Assembly (NCBI RefSeq): GCF_963921235.1
Contig: NC_086101.1
Span: 31,496,001-31,560,000, forward strand
Direction: 5' to 3'
DNA from: Mobula hypostoma
Lineage: Eukaryota
DNA: 64,000 nt
Numbering within the stretch: position 1 is the stretch's first letter; each line of letters begins with the position of its first letter. Made by a program: the position numbers and the translations under genes. Of the stretch, positions 1 to 12,700 are shown piece after piece. Under the pieces are notes generated by a model. The model saw nothing but the letters and a program-made list of their open reading frames with translations, was not told the origin of the DNA and did not search any database.

Positions 1-540
1 CTCAGGTCTCTTTTAAATCTTCCCCTCTCATGTTAAGTATATGCTTTCGAGTTTTACACTCCCCTAACCTGGGGAGAAGACCTCATCTATTTCCCTCATG
101 ATTTTATATATTTCTTTAAGCGCATCCCTCAACATCCTAAGCTCTGGGAGTACAAGTCCCAGCCTCTCCTTAACATCTTTGTGAATCTTTACTGCACTCT
201 TTCCAGCATAATGACTTCCTTCCCTTTGCTGGGGGAACCAAAACCGTACGCAGTACTCAAAATGTGATCTAATGGATGTCTGCTATAATGATGTCCGATT
301 CCTGTACTCAGAGCTTCAACTGATGAAGGCCAGCATGTCAAACGTCTTCTTCACCACCCTGTCTACCGGTGCTGCCACTTTCAGAGAACCATGTACCTGT
401 ACCCCCAGGGTTTTCTATCTACAACAGTCCCCAGAGCTCTGCCATCATCGTATAAATCTTGCCATGGTTTAATTGACCAAAATGAATCACTTCACATTTA
501 TCAAAGTTAAATTTCTCCACTGTACCAATTTAGTTGTCAA
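1..540 (-). mobile_element. Decayed CR1 LINE, 3' part of ORF2
   Basis: Minus strand shows decayed FNxDKCEVIHF and RxHFEYCVRFW (PHLEYCVQFW-like) motifs of CR1 ORF2, with stops and frameshifts. Confidence 0.8.
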
Positions 541-944
541 ATGCAGACTTACTGATCATGTTAACTGTCTTGTCAACATGGATCTGGTGGGATCTGAAGC
601 ATCTCTCTGTGCTGCACAACTTTAGCAAATATGATCCAGTGCCATTAACCTTCACAGCAGTGAAAATAATCGGGGACCAAGTGGTGGCAGAGAAAGATTC
701 AAGACTGGTGAGTGAGATCAAGCAGGAGTATGAGGCTTCCCAGTTTGCGAGTGAAAGACATTGGGGGGGGGGGGGAATCTGCCTGTCCCAATCCCAGTGC
801 TGCACCGTGCTGGCAGACTGGGGACTCCAACATCCACAATATCACCCCATTAAGTTCTGTCATTTCAAGTTCACAGTTTAACGTAAATTTAATACCAATG
901 TATACACATGTCACCATATACCACTTTGAGATTAATTTTCTTGC

Positions 945-1540
945 AGGCATTCACAGCAGAACAAATAAATACAATAGACTCAATGAAAAGCTATACACAA
1001 ACAAAGACTGACAAACAACCAGTGTGCTAAAGAAAACACACTGTGCAAATACAATAATAAATAAATAGATAAATAGATAGATAAATCAACAATACTGGGA
1101 CATGAGTTGCAGAGTGTTTGAAAGTGAGACCATAGGTTGTGTTCAGTGATCAGTTCAGAGCTGAGCTCATTCAGGAGCCTGATGGTTGAAGGGTAATAGC
1201 TGTCCCTGAACCTGCTGGTGTGGGACCTAAGGCTCCTGTACCTCCTTCCTGATTGCAGCAGCGAGAAGAGAACATGGCCTGGATGGTGGGTGTCCTTGAT
1301 GATGGATGCTGCTTTCTTGTGACAGTGCTCCTTGTAGATGTCATCAATGGTGGGGAGAACTTTTCCTGAGATGGACTGGGCTGTATCCAACATATTTTGC
1401 GGGCATTTCTATTCTTGGGCATTGGTGTTTCCATACCAGTCCATAATGCAACCAGTCAGGATACTCTCCACTGTGCATCTGTAGAAGTTGGTCAAAGTTT
1501 CAGATGACCTGCTGAATCTATACAAACCAGCAGGCTTATA
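945..1540 (-). mobile_element. Rex1/Babar-type LINE 3' fragment
   Basis: ORF 980-1393 (KAASIIKDTHHPGHVLFSLLQSGRRYRSLRSHTSRFRDSYYPSTIRLLN) is the typical C-terminus of this clade, followed by an AT-rich 3' UTR. Confidence 0.8.
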
Positions 1541-2170
1541 CAGAGATCTGAGGAAAACCTTTCATCTGAGAGGGTGATTGAAATCTGGAACCTGATGGGG
1601 TGATGAAGGCAGAGACTCTCACAACATTTGAAAAACATTGGGCTGATCACTGGATTCATTAAGGCAGAGAAGGCTCTGCACTAAGTGCTGATCAATAGAA
1701 TGAATGTACATGGATATGTGTTAGCCTGCATGGACATGATGGGCTGAAGGGCCTGTTTCTGTGACGAATGACCCTATGACTGAACCAATTTAAGTGCGAG
1801 TTCCCTGTTGGTCCTTTCGGTCACTCTGCTATAGGAAAGATGTTACTAAACTAGAAAGAATGCAGAACAGATTTACCAGCATGTTGCCTGAACCTAGGAG
1901 CCTGAATTACAAGGAAAGGACAAGGACTTTATTCCGTGGAATGTAGGAGATTGAGAGGTGGCCTGATAAAGGTATACAAGACCATGAGGGCACAGACAGT
2001 ATGAAAGCTTGTAGTCTTTTTCACAGGGAAAGAGTGCTAAAAGCAAGAGAGCAGAGGTTTAAGATTAGAGGTGACAATTTAAAAGGGACATTAGGGGTAG
2101 CTTCTTCACACAGATGGTGGTGTGTATTTGGGAAGAGGAATCTGGCCTACAGTAGGGGTCTGCTGGGCCA
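1540..2170 (+). mobile_element. Two short CR1 3'-end fragments
   Basis: Decayed QxRFTxMLP and LRGxLIxVYK motifs, plus the gggctgaagggcctgtttctg tail shared with other CR1 copies here. Confidence 0.7.
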
Positions 2171-3013
2171 AATCTGGCTTTGCCATTTCTGTGGGCTCCT
2201 CCCTGCCTTCTCCATAACTAATGGATGGGAGTGAGGTAAGGTGAGACGATGACCCAAAGCCCCAAATCCTACAGTTGTATGTTGGACCTAGCACAGGTCC
2301 CAGTGAGGTCACCCTTCAACCTGACGGAGCTTTTGACAGCAGCTGATGAAGTGACCACCCTCTGACCTCAGGAGAGGAGACTCAACTTCAACTCACCTCA
2401 CAGCTTCACCCACAGACAGAAAAGTTGTGTAACTACTAGCTTTGCTGTCAGTGTTGGTTCATTATTCACAATCCCTTGACCACACCCAGGGTTGGTGAAG
2501 ACACCAGATGTCAGGTTAAACAGAGAAAAGATAGAGCAATTCCAATGTAATATCCCACTGCTACTAGGACCTGTTCACACCCCAGTGTCCCAGACCGAGG
2601 CAATACGTTTACACCGGCCAATTCATCCAACTCCATACCATCCATTTCCACCCCGGCACAGAGAGAGGGAAAACACAGAAACAGGCCATTCGACCCTCTG
2701 AGTCTATCAGCCACCCACTGTTTCCCAATGTCAGAACATTTTCTAACTCAAATCTCACAACAGACTGGTTTTAGAGCTATTTTAACCCAGTGAGTGAACA
2801 CACTGAGTCTATGGGTAGGTGAGGTGGATAGAGTTAGGAGTAGTGTCAACACTGGGCCTGCTTCCTGCTGTTCCTCTCAGTCTCACCCTCTCTCTTGTCT
2901 CTCTCTGGAAACGTATTTGTCAGCTTTCACAGTCTAAGCCTTAAGAGATAAATGATTCAAAAAGGAAAGGTTCTCTCTCAATCTCGCTCTTTCTGCTTTG
3001 CTCTGTCACTCTG

Positions 3014-3034
3014 TATGTGTGTGTGTGTGTGTGA

Positions 3035-3070
<36 letters not shown>
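3014..3070. repeat. Compound (GT)n(GA)n microsatellite
   Basis: Directly visible dinucleotide runs. Confidence 0.95.
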
Positions 3071-3109
3071 GACAGAGAGAAAGAGAACACATTTGGGTTA
3101 CTTTATCCA

Positions 3110-3320
3110 TTTCCAAGGAACAAGAGTTGCTCCAGGACATGCCCCCTTCTCATTTTTACCATCAAGGAGGAGGTACAGGAGCCTAAAGACACACACTCAA
3201 TGTTTTAAAAACAGCTTCTTCCAACTCCGCCGTCAGATTTCTGAATGAACAATGAACCATGAACACCACCTCACTACCTCCATTGTTCTGTCTCTTTTTG
3301 CACTATTTGTTTAATTTATA
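3110..3320 (+). mobile_element. Rex1/Babar-type 3' end fragment
   Basis: Encodes PGHAPFSFLPSRRRYRSLKTHTQCFKNSFF, homologous to the 980-1393 fragment. Confidence 0.75.
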
Positions 3321-3591
3321 GTCGAACAAGACACAGTCAATCAGAATTGACTGGGTGCAGGTTAATGAGATTGGGCAGATTAATGGATCAGCAAGGACTA
3401 GTTAGGCCGAAGGGCCTGTTTCTGTCCATGACTCTGTCAAATTAAAATCTCACACTAGTAGCGACTCGAGGAAGAGAGTTCCAATATTTCCACACTCTGG
3501 TGCGGGAACTATTTACCAACTTAATCCGGAAGGACCTGCTCTAATTCTGTGATTCTGGACTTCCCAACTAGAGGGATAAATCCCTCACACC

Positions 3592-3605
3592 TCAACAGGT
3601 GGCGC
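3592..3605 (+). promoter_or_regulatory. Candidate CTCF motif (intron 1 of the class II alpha-like gene)
   Basis: TCAACAGGTGGCGC matches the CTCF core CC(A/G)(C/G)(C/T)AG(A/G)(G/T)GGC(A/G)C at 12/14. Confidence 0.55.
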
Positions 3606-3749
3606 TCTCTTCTCTCCTCCGAATCCCCTACTCCGATCGCGTTCATTCACGCACCCTTAGTCCTCCTTCCCATTCCTCTGTTTGACCCCGAGCCCGGCTC
3701 CAGCTCCAATCCAGGCCGCGGCTTCACCACACTGACCTCCCTCCCTCTG

Positions 3750-4745
3750 ACGCTGAGCGGCCAGCCCTCAGCAGAGCCTCCCCTTGCCAAGGGGCACCGG
3801 CCAGTCTGCGCAGGCATTGCCCGACGTCTATGAGGACAGCTAAAATCTGGAAACCTGTTCCTCCGGTCGGGAGATGTCTCCGCTGGCGGAGGGACGCCCC
3901 CACCCCCTGCCCTGTCTCATCGGAGGTCGGTGTGACTCAGGTGTGTGGAGCGACTTGGGCTGGGCTCATCTCCGCTCATTCGGAGTTATGAATCCCACAG
4001 AATTTGTTCCATACCTCATCGCCACTTCCAGTGTCATTCAGAGATGCGGGTATGAGTTGCTACCCCATACCCTCTAATTCCTAGCCCTGGTCACCGTCCC
4101 GACACGAATGGCCGTCGGTGTTTTCCCACCTATGAACGCTAGGGTATCCAATGGAACTCTCTTTACGAAAATGTCCTTCCCTGGTACGTGTGAACTTGGG
4201 TGGAGATGGGGGTTTCTACATTGAGCGGTGCCCTGTAGAAGTTGGTGAGTGCACACGGATCTCTCAGCCACTTGTCACTTCTATGGGCTGGAAGAGATTG
4301 TGTACCGGATGTACATGGAGTACACGAGGCTGCAGACCTATTCGCACATCTGGGGGTAGGGAGAGGGGGAAGGGACTGGTCCTCGCTTTCTGGTTGCATT
4401 TTACCTCGACCCGCTTCATAGTTTGGCCATCCAGTACGGAGGAGGGAAAGGAGGGAGCAGGATATCCTGGGACTGGGAAAAACAGTAGCTATCCGTTGAT
4501 CCAGGAAGCGGGCAGTGGAAGGTTCCGTCTGGGATGACAACCAGGCTATGTTCCGGGAGAGTTGGGTATCGGTGCCCGGGGAACCGTGGAGAAGGAACAC
4601 GCGGTGTCCACGGGTGCAGTGGAAGTTTTAACGGTAAATGTCTGTGACAGGGATTGGAACGTTTTAATTTAGGTTGTGTAAGTCACTGCTATTGTCTCTG
4701 TGTATGTTGTAGTATTGTAGAATGTCATTTGCAATAAATGTATTT
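3750..4745 (+). mobile_element. Tx1 (L1-clade) LINE 3' fragment
   Basis: Frameshifted motifs HRPDT, QWNSLY, LGWR..LH.AVPC, CHFYGLEE (zinc-knuckle region) and EKEHAVSTG, then a 3' UTR with AATAAA near 4733. Confidence 0.75.
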
Positions 4746-4779
4746 TGTGTTTCGGTACTTTTGTACCCCTGCACCCGTA

Positions 4780-5640
4780 CCTGGACGTGCAAAAAATTAC
4801 TGTCCCCGATAATTCCTTCTGCACCGTTCGGGGGAAACATATCCTAAAGGAAACATATCAAACACCCTCGCCTGTAAACCCCAGTAAGAAACTGACTGAA
4901 CTGTGTAATCCAGCTGCTGTTCTGAGAAGGCAGACCACACTCCCTCCCTCACTGGCCAGTATGTCCCCCACCCCTTCCACCGCAGTGTCCGATCTCCTAC
5001 AGGACCGAGACTCCGGTTTCGGGGCACACACTGCACCAGCCGTGTTCAGGACCTCCGAGTCCGTGTGGTCACCAGTGGTCCCCGTACACCGACTTTGATC
5101 ACTGCCTCGATCCTCACATGTTACTATTCCGTCCGTCTGACTCCGGCCGGGATATTAGTGCATGGGCTGAACATAACTCGGTTCGCCGCTCCCTTTATTG
5201 CACTAACGCCGCCACGCAGAGAACTCCCGCTCTGGGCCGTCATGGACTCCAGAACCCCATTGGCAAGCTGTAATCAGTGACCGGGGCAGTTGGACCTTCA
5301 CACCTGACCGGCGGAGTGGCTGGCCATTATCCCGAGTTCTCGTCTCCTGCCAACACTCCCCTTCATCTCCATGGACTAGCTCCGGTCAACAGCAATTCCC
5401 TTCCTGAAGTTGATATGAAAACAGGCAGACCTGTCCTGTCCACTACCTCAGTCCCCCCTTCAGATATTCCTCCGGGTTTGTGAGCGGACCCACTCTTTAC
5501 AAACCCATGATGTTTCTCCCCAACTAACTCACAGGTTTCAAACTGCTGTCACTCTGATCAGATTGCAGACCTCTCCCCGGTTCGGATCAAGGCCCAACAT
5601 CTCAAATTCCAATTTGACTCAGTTTCCAATTTGACAATAG
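4780..5640 (-). mobile_element. Very old CR1-like ORF2 relic, unusually CpG-rich
   Basis: Faint colinear matches on the minus strand to HGFVK, YLDFQK (seen as HINFRK), HGxxG and VTSGVPQGSVLGP. Highly diverged. Confidence 0.4.
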
Positions 5641-5846
5641 AGACGGGCAGTGGGCTCAGGTTTATAGATACATCCCGAGGATAGGTTGTCACAGGCTGCA
5701 TTCTCTGTTAAAACAAGTTAAAGTTATCGTAGCATTGTAAGGTTAAGAACATATATAGACATAAATACATACTCTATTATAACGTTAACTTGTTTTAGGG
5801 AGTTCAAATAGTAAATTATTTTAAATGTTACTATCAGATAACTCAC

Positions 5847-5913
5847 ATTTTGTAGCCTGTGCTCCACATATTAAAGCCGTCGCTAACACGAAGAAGTAAA
5901 CCTCAGCTCCCAT
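5847..5913 (-). CDS. Leader (signal peptide) exon 1 of an MHC class II alpha-chain-like gene; remaining exons probably left of the window
   Basis: ATG at 5913 gives MGAEVYFFVLATALICGAQATK + 1 nt, then a GTGAGT donor (phase 1, as in MHC leader exons). It has a hydrophobic core and a small-residue cleavage region. It resembles the nurse-shark class II alpha leader as I recall it (MEARNYFSVLVLVLIQGGWAGK). A canonical X-Y promoter lies ~150 bp upstream. Confidence 0.8.
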
Positions 5914-6064
5914 TCTTAATCTCCCGGGTCTCGCAAACGCGACCTCTCCTCGTCCAGCACCAGTTCCGCTCAATCTGCCACCAGTTTCTGCCACAGAATA
6001 AACCTAACTTCAGTCGTTCACTCTCGTGCAGTCTGTTATTGATATGCGCCTGAGGACAGCTGAA

Positions 6065-6129
6065 CCAATCAGACGCCGAGATTCTCACTCGTCATCTGTT
6101 TCCAGGTGGAATACATACCAATTTGCTCC
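6065..6129 (-). promoter_or_regulatory. MHC class II-type S-X1-X2-Y promoter module (module 1, proximal)
   Basis: X = CCTGGAAACAGATG (6106-6093; HLA-DRA recalled as CCTAGCAACAGATG). X2 = TGACGAG. Exact 20-bp spacer. Y = CTGATTGG (6072-6065). Weak S-position GGAGCAA 16 bp upstream of X. Confidence 0.85.
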
Positions 6130-6401
6130 GAATTACACCAAACTGGATTTGCTTTCGTTGAGGAAGAGATGCTCCTAGAAGGGGAGCATTCTTCAGAAGA
6201 AACATTTACAAGAGACTTTTGACCTGCGTTGAACTGAACAGTCTACGCAGATAATTTTACTTCACCCTGTCACTGCGGAGTTGAAGGAGAGGACGGATCC
6301 ACTCTGTTCAGTGGGTCGGACAGCACCAATAAGTGAGAAACTGGGTTAATTTCGCAAACAGGAGGAAATCTGCAAATTCTGGAATTTCAAGCAACATGCA
6401 T

Positions 6402-6537
6402 AAAAGTTGCTGGTGAACGCAGCAGGCCAGGCAGCATCTCTAGGAAGAGGTACAGTCGACGTCTCGAGTCCCGAAAAGTCGACCGTACCTCTTCCCAGAG
6501 ATGCAGCCTGGCCTGCTGCATTCACCAGTAACTTTTA
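6402..6537. repeat. ~60-bp-arm inverted repeat made of Penelope-associated terminal sequence
   Basis: Arms 6402-6460 and 6478-6537 are near reverse complements with a 17-nt loop. The same sequence family flanks Penelope fragments elsewhere in the window. Confidence 0.85.
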
Positions 6538-6849
6538 CGTGTTAACTGGGTTAATTTATCAGGTTTGAGGCTTTTCGTCAAGTCTGGTAAACCTTTATCC
6601 TTCCCTCTGCTGTACCTGACCCTCCCCTATCTTTGCTATTGAAAACTTTGACTATTGGTTTTGGACTCTCTATCTCTCCACTGAGAACCAGAACAGCACA
6701 GCACAAGAAAAGGCCTTTCAGCCTTCCATGTCTGTACTGACCATGATGTCAATTTAAACTGAACCCATCTGCCCACACATGGTCTGTATCCCTCCATTCG
6801 CTGACTAAATCCCTCTTAAATATTGCTACAATTCACTCTGGGAAAAACT

Positions 6850-7990
6850 CTCTATCTACCCTGTTCCCAACCTATCTCTGTAAAACTGCTCTTCCTTTTC
6901 CTCATTTCCTTCACCTCCACTGCATCTGTTCTCAGAATGTGGCTTTCCTTTCCAGGACATCTGAAATACCCTCCTTCTTAAAGAATGGGATTTCCATCTC
7001 TCCTCTATTGATACTGCGCTCACCTGTATCTCAGCATTTCCTGAAAATCTGCGCTCACCCCATCTTCCCACCACTTTAACAGTGATAGAGTTCGCCTTGT
7101 CCTTACCTAACATCCCATGAGCCACCACATCCAACATATCATTGTCCACAACCTCTGCCATTTCCAAAGGGATCCTATCACTGAACATATCTTTATCTCT
7201 CCACCCCCTTCCTGCATTGTGTTGGGATTGATCCCTATGCAATTCCCTTTTCCATTCATCCCTCCCTCCCGGCACTTATCCCTGCAAGCGGTCAAAGTGC
7301 TACACCTGCCCAATCACCTCCTACCTCACCTCCATTCAAAGCCCCGAACAGTCCTTCCAGGTGAGGCAACACTTCATTGCATCCATTGTGTCTGGTGCTC
7401 CCGATCTGGCCTCCTCTACATTGGTGAGGCATGTCATAAATTGGGGGGCTGCTTCGTCAAGTGGAATTTCCTGGTGGCCAAGCATTTTAATTCCAATTCT
7501 ATTTCCCGTTCCAACATGTCAGTCCATGGCCTCCTCCTTTGCCAAAATAAGGCCACCCTCAGGGTGGAGGAGCAACAACTTACATTTGTCTGGGTAGCCT
7601 CCAATCTGATGGCATGAACATCAATTTCTCCTTCTAGTAAAATATTCCCTCCACCTCTCCTCTTCCTCTATTCCCCACTCTGGCCTTTTACCTCTTCTCT
7701 CCTTCCTATCACTTCCCCCTGGGTCCCCTCCTCCTTCCCTTTCTCCTATGGTCCTCTCTCCTCTCCTATCAGAGTCCTTCTTCACCAGCCCTTCACCTTT
7801 TCCACCCACCTGGCTTCACCTATCACCTTCCAGCTAGCCTCCTCCCCTTCCTCTCACCTTTTTATTCTGACATCTTCCACCTTCCTTCTCAGTCCTAAAG
7901 AAAGGTCTCGGCCTGAAATGTCAACTGACTATCATTTCCATAGATGCTACCTGACCTGCTGAATTCCCCCAGCATTTTGTGTGTGTGTTA
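6850..7990 (+). mobile_element. Penelope-like element 3' fragment with GIY-YIG endonuclease relic
   Basis: Decayed HIQHII..L.HFQRDP.T.HIF, CKR.KCYTCP and CVWCSRSGLLYIGE motifs, a CT-rich 3' UTR and the terminal repeat. Confidence 0.8.
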
Positions 7991-8460
7991 CTTTCTATCT
8001 AACCTCTCTACACCTCTCATAATTCTATAAACTTCTATCTGGTCTCCCTTCAGCCTCTGAGACTCCAGAGAAAAGAATTCAAGTTTGTCCACTTTCCCTT
8101 TATAGCTAACTTGATCAAATCCAGGCAACATCTTAATAAACACCTTCAGGCCCCACATCTTCTGGTAATGTGGCAGCCAGAACTGCACACAATTCTCCAA
8201 ATGTGGCCAAAGTTCTATACAGCTGCAACGTGACTGCCTGACTTCCACACGCAATGCCCCGACTAATAAAGACAAATTACAATACTCTCCTTCTTTATCA
8301 CCCTATCACTTGTTCCACTTTCAGGGAGCTGTGGACTGTACCTCAGGACTGATATCAATGTTCCAAATACCCTGCCATTTACTATTAATGTCTTTTCATT
8401 TGATCTCTCAAAATGCAACATCTTACATTTGCCTGGATTAAACACTATCTACATTTTCAT
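7990..8460 (-). mobile_element. CR1 3' fragment
   Basis: ORFs encode PHLENCVQFWLPHY, LEFFSLESQRLKGD and FNPGKCKMLHF. Confidence 0.85.
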
Positions 8461-8829
8461 CTGTATCATTTACCATATATATATCACAAGCAACAGAGCA
8501 CCCCACTCAGCACTGCTCCCTGCAGAACAGATGGACGCAGTTCATAGAATCATATGATTCAGAAACAGGCCTTTTGGCCTAAATGATCCATGCCGGTAAA
8601 GATTCCCATCTCAGCCAGTCCCATTTGCCCACATAGCCTTCTAAACCTTACTATCCATGTACCTGACCAAGTGTCTTTTAAATGTCTACACATCTGTTCT
8701 GCTATCTCCTGCTGGCTATTGGAAGGTTTTTAGTATTATACTGGTTTCAGCTTTCTTGTTTCTGAGATAAACTATTCAGGTTGATCTTTCTCGGTGCTGC
8801 TGTGACATTTTCCCTAATTAATATTGCAA

Positions 8830-9420
8830 ATCCCCCATCTTTTTTACATCACTCTCTAAAGCATCTAAACCCTGGAACTGCCAGCTGCCAGCCTTGCCCT
8901 TCTCTCAACCATGTTTCTGTAATGGCCACAACATCATAGTTCCACCACTAATCCAGATTCTAGATTAATTTGCCTTTCCTGTAATAATCCTTGCATTAAA
9001 TTAAAAAAAAATAAGACTTCAGACTGTAAACTCCACACTGTTCATTAACATAGCTCCTCTGCCCATCCTTCCTATCAGACTTACCTAATCGAATTCCTCC
9101 CTTTCCCTCAATCCCTCTACTTGCTGACCTATTGTTCTGGTCCTCATCTCCTGCCATATTAGTACAGTGTGAACAAACCTTCCTGTTTCAAACCTCGTTC
9201 CCCTCCAGTTTATCTGCAAACTATCCTTCTTGTAGAGGTCCCATCTGCCCTGACAGACACTAATCCTATATATCTGAAATCCTCCCTTCTACAGCAGATC
9301 CTTAGCCAGATATTAGAACTTTCCTATTCATACTGTAACTTGCAATTGGCACAAGGAATAATCTTGAGATTACAACTAGACAGGTCCTTTTTTAACCAAT
9401 TTCAGCTAATTTCCTAAATT
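8830..9420 (-). mobile_element. Decayed CR1 ORF1-end / endonuclease-start fragment
   Basis: Minus strand contains a YDVVAITETWLRE-type endonuclease motif (reverse complement of ...ctcaaccatgtttctgtaatggccacaacatcatag). Confidence 0.6.
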
Positions 9421-9799
9421 CACTTTGCAGAATGTCATCTCTCTTCCTGTCTATGTACCAACGTGGACCGCCACTTTCAAAGTGTCCTACACTCACTCAG
9501 AAATTGTTGCCCCTGGCAATAGGGATGCAACATACCTGATATAGAATATCGACCCAAAACATTGGCAATTCCTTTCCTCCCGCAGATGCTGCTGAACCCA
9601 CTGATTTAGTTCCAGATTCCTGCATCTCTGCACCTGCAGTCCCTTATAACTCCAGGCAACATACTTCCCTGGAACCCCTCAACTAGAGTCCCCAATCAAA
9701 CATAGAACATAGAATGGTACAATAAAGGAACATGATCTTTAAACCATGATGTTGTGCTAAACTAATCTAAATAGTAATTTAATTGTTAAATAAACTAAT

Positions 9800-12700
9800 C
9801 CCTCCACCTTTGTTCAGGACAGGAAAAACGGTAATCCCGGTAACTATAGGCACTGAGCCTCATGTCAGAAGTTGAGGCCACTGTTGTTTGTGGAATATAT
9901 CAATGATTTGGATGAAAGTGTTCAGTAGACAGGTGGATAACACCAAGATAAGTGGAGTTGTGGACAATGTAAAGCACATCAAAGAATACTGTGGGATTCA
10001 GACCATTTACAGATATGGTCAGAGAAGTGGCAGAAGGAGATCATTCCAGGCAAGTGTGAGATGTTACACATTGGGAAGTCAAATCAAAGGAGATAGTATA
10101 CAGTTAATTGGAGACCTCTTAGTAGTATCAGAATATAGAGGGATCTTGGGGATCCAGCCACAATTCACTGAAGTGGCTACATAAGTGGATAAGTGGTAAA
10201 GAAGGTGTACAGAATGTTTTCCTTCATTGGTAGGGTGTCCAGTTTAACAGTAAGAAAGTCATAATACAGCTATGTACATAATACATAACACAGCATAATA
10301 CACTTTTTTCTGGGGCAGTCGCGGCAGCGATGAGCGTCGTGATGCTGGAGTTGGATTCGCCGTCTGGAGTCACCTTGTTCAGAAACTTGCCAGCCTCCCC
10401 AGGGTGTGAACGACCGGCTCATGACACTACAGCTTCCACTACAGAACAGAAGTCAAGCCGCCCTGATCAGCGCCTATGCCCCCACAATGACCAACCCGGA
10501 TGAGACAAGACAAGTTCTATGAAGAACTAGACGCCCTACTATCAGCAGTGAGCAGCACCGACAAGCTGATCTTGCTCGGCAACTTCAGTGCGAGAGTAGG
10601 GCACGACTCTGCAGCCTGGCAGGGAGTTGTTGGGAGACATGGGATGGGCAAATGTAACAGTAACGGCCTACTCTTACTGAAGAACTGTACAGCATACGAC
10701 CTGCTCATCACCAACACAACTTTCCGCCTGCCTACCCATCACAAGACCTCGTGGATGCACCCCCTTTCTAAGCATTGGCATCTTATCGACTATGTCATTG
10801 TCAGGAGAAAAGACAGGCAGGATGTCAGAGTGACCAAGGCCATGTGTGGCACTGACTGCTGGACAGATCACAGGCTCATTGTCTCCAAAATGAAGCTCCG
10901 TTTCAGACCCAAGAGGCGACCACAAGGAAGCAAGGCTATGAAAAGAATCAATGTGACCAGGCTGAAGAACCCCAGCATAGCTTCAGCACTGGTTGAAGAT
11001 TTAGAAACCAAGCTTGCTGACCTACACCTTGCAGGCAGCACTGTGGATGACTGGGATCGCTTCAGGGATGCTGTCCATTCATCTGCACTGAAGATGCTAG
11101 GGCTTTCTACCTGCAAGCAGAATGACTGGTTCGATGAGAATGATGAGGAGATACAGGCTCTACTTGTTGAAAAGCAATGCCTTCATCATGCCCATCAGAA
11201 CAACCCATCATCAGCTGCCAAGAAAAACGCCTTTATCAGTGCTTGCAGGACAGTCCAGAATAAACTGCGTAAAATGCAAGATGCCTGGCTGAGTATCAAG
11301 GCAGATGAAATACAGGGATACACTGACAGAAACGACTTGAAACGATTCTATGAAGCCCTCAACACTCTCTACAGACCTCAGTCTCTTGGGAGTTTCCCCT
11401 TCCTGAGTATAGATGGTACAACTCTCATTACAGATCCTGCAGGCTCAGATCCTGCAGAGATGGGCTGAACACTTTGAAGCCGTCCTCAACTGACCATCAT
11501 CTATTAACGATGAGGTGATAGACAGGATTCCCCAGGTCGACATCAACAGTGCCGTGAATGACCCACTAGTAGTGGCCGAAGTCACGAAACTGTCAGCCAG
11601 CTATCCAGTGGCGAAGCCCCGGGGCAGATGCCATACCTGCAGAGATCTACAAAGCCGGTGGTCCTGTACTTATAGAGAAGCTCACCGAGTTCTTCCAGTC
11701 TTTTTGGAAGCAAGGATCCATTCCTCAGGAACTTAAAGATACATCCATCATACACCTCTACAAGAGGAAGGGCAATCGACCAGTATACGACAACCACCGA
11801 GGAATCTCGCTGCTCTCCATCACAGGAAAAACCCTTGCAAGAGTCCCGCTAAATGGTCTGGTCACTCATCTGGAGCTGGGCCTGCTGCCAGAGTCACAGT
11901 GTGGCTTTCGCAAAGGTCGTGGGACTATTGACATGATTTTTGCCAGGCTCCAACTTCAGGAGAAGTGTCAGGAGCAGAATTGCGAACTCTGCACAACTTT
12001 TGTTGACCTCACAAAAGCCTTCGACACTGTCTGCCGACAAGGCCTGTGGGGGAACATATCAAAGTTCGGCTGCCCCGCCAAATTCATTCAAATGGTTTGC
12101 CAGTTCCATGATGGCATGATGGCCAGAGCGCTGGACGGGGGAGAATCCTCTGAGGTGTTCCTGATCACCAATGGCATCAAACAGGGCTGTGTGCTCACAC
12201 CCACACTGTTCAGCATGATGTTTACTGCCATGCTGAATGATGCCTTCCAGGACAGAGATGCTGGAATCAGCCTCAGGTACAGAGTGGATGGGAAGCTCTT
12301 CAACCTGAGGAGACTTCAAGCAATTACCAAAGTGAAGGAGACTGTTCTGAGAGACTTCCTCTTTGCCAATGACTGCGCCCTGTATGCTGGCCTGGAGACA
12401 GAAATGCAAGTCAATATGGACAAATTCTCCATAGCTTGTGACAACTTTGGACTCACCATCAACATCAAAAAGACCGAAGTCATGCACCAGCCTGCCCCTA
12501 GTGCACCGTACACAGAACCGAAAATAACAATCAAAGGACGGAAACTACAGGCAGTGGACCAGTTTACTTACCTCGGCAGCACCCTCTCCCGAGCAGTGAC
12601 TATTGATACAGAAGTTAACTGCAGAATAACGAAGGAAAGTTCTGCTTTCGGTAGACTGTGCTCCACTGCATGGGAACGTCGAGGAATCAGTCCAGCAACA

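Noticed and set aside
534-881. Protein-looking ORF with GT donors on both strands as exon 2 of the class II gene
   Set aside because: The phase-compatible minus frame stops early, nothing resembles an alpha1 domain, and the segment is contiguous with the decayed CR1 at 1-540.
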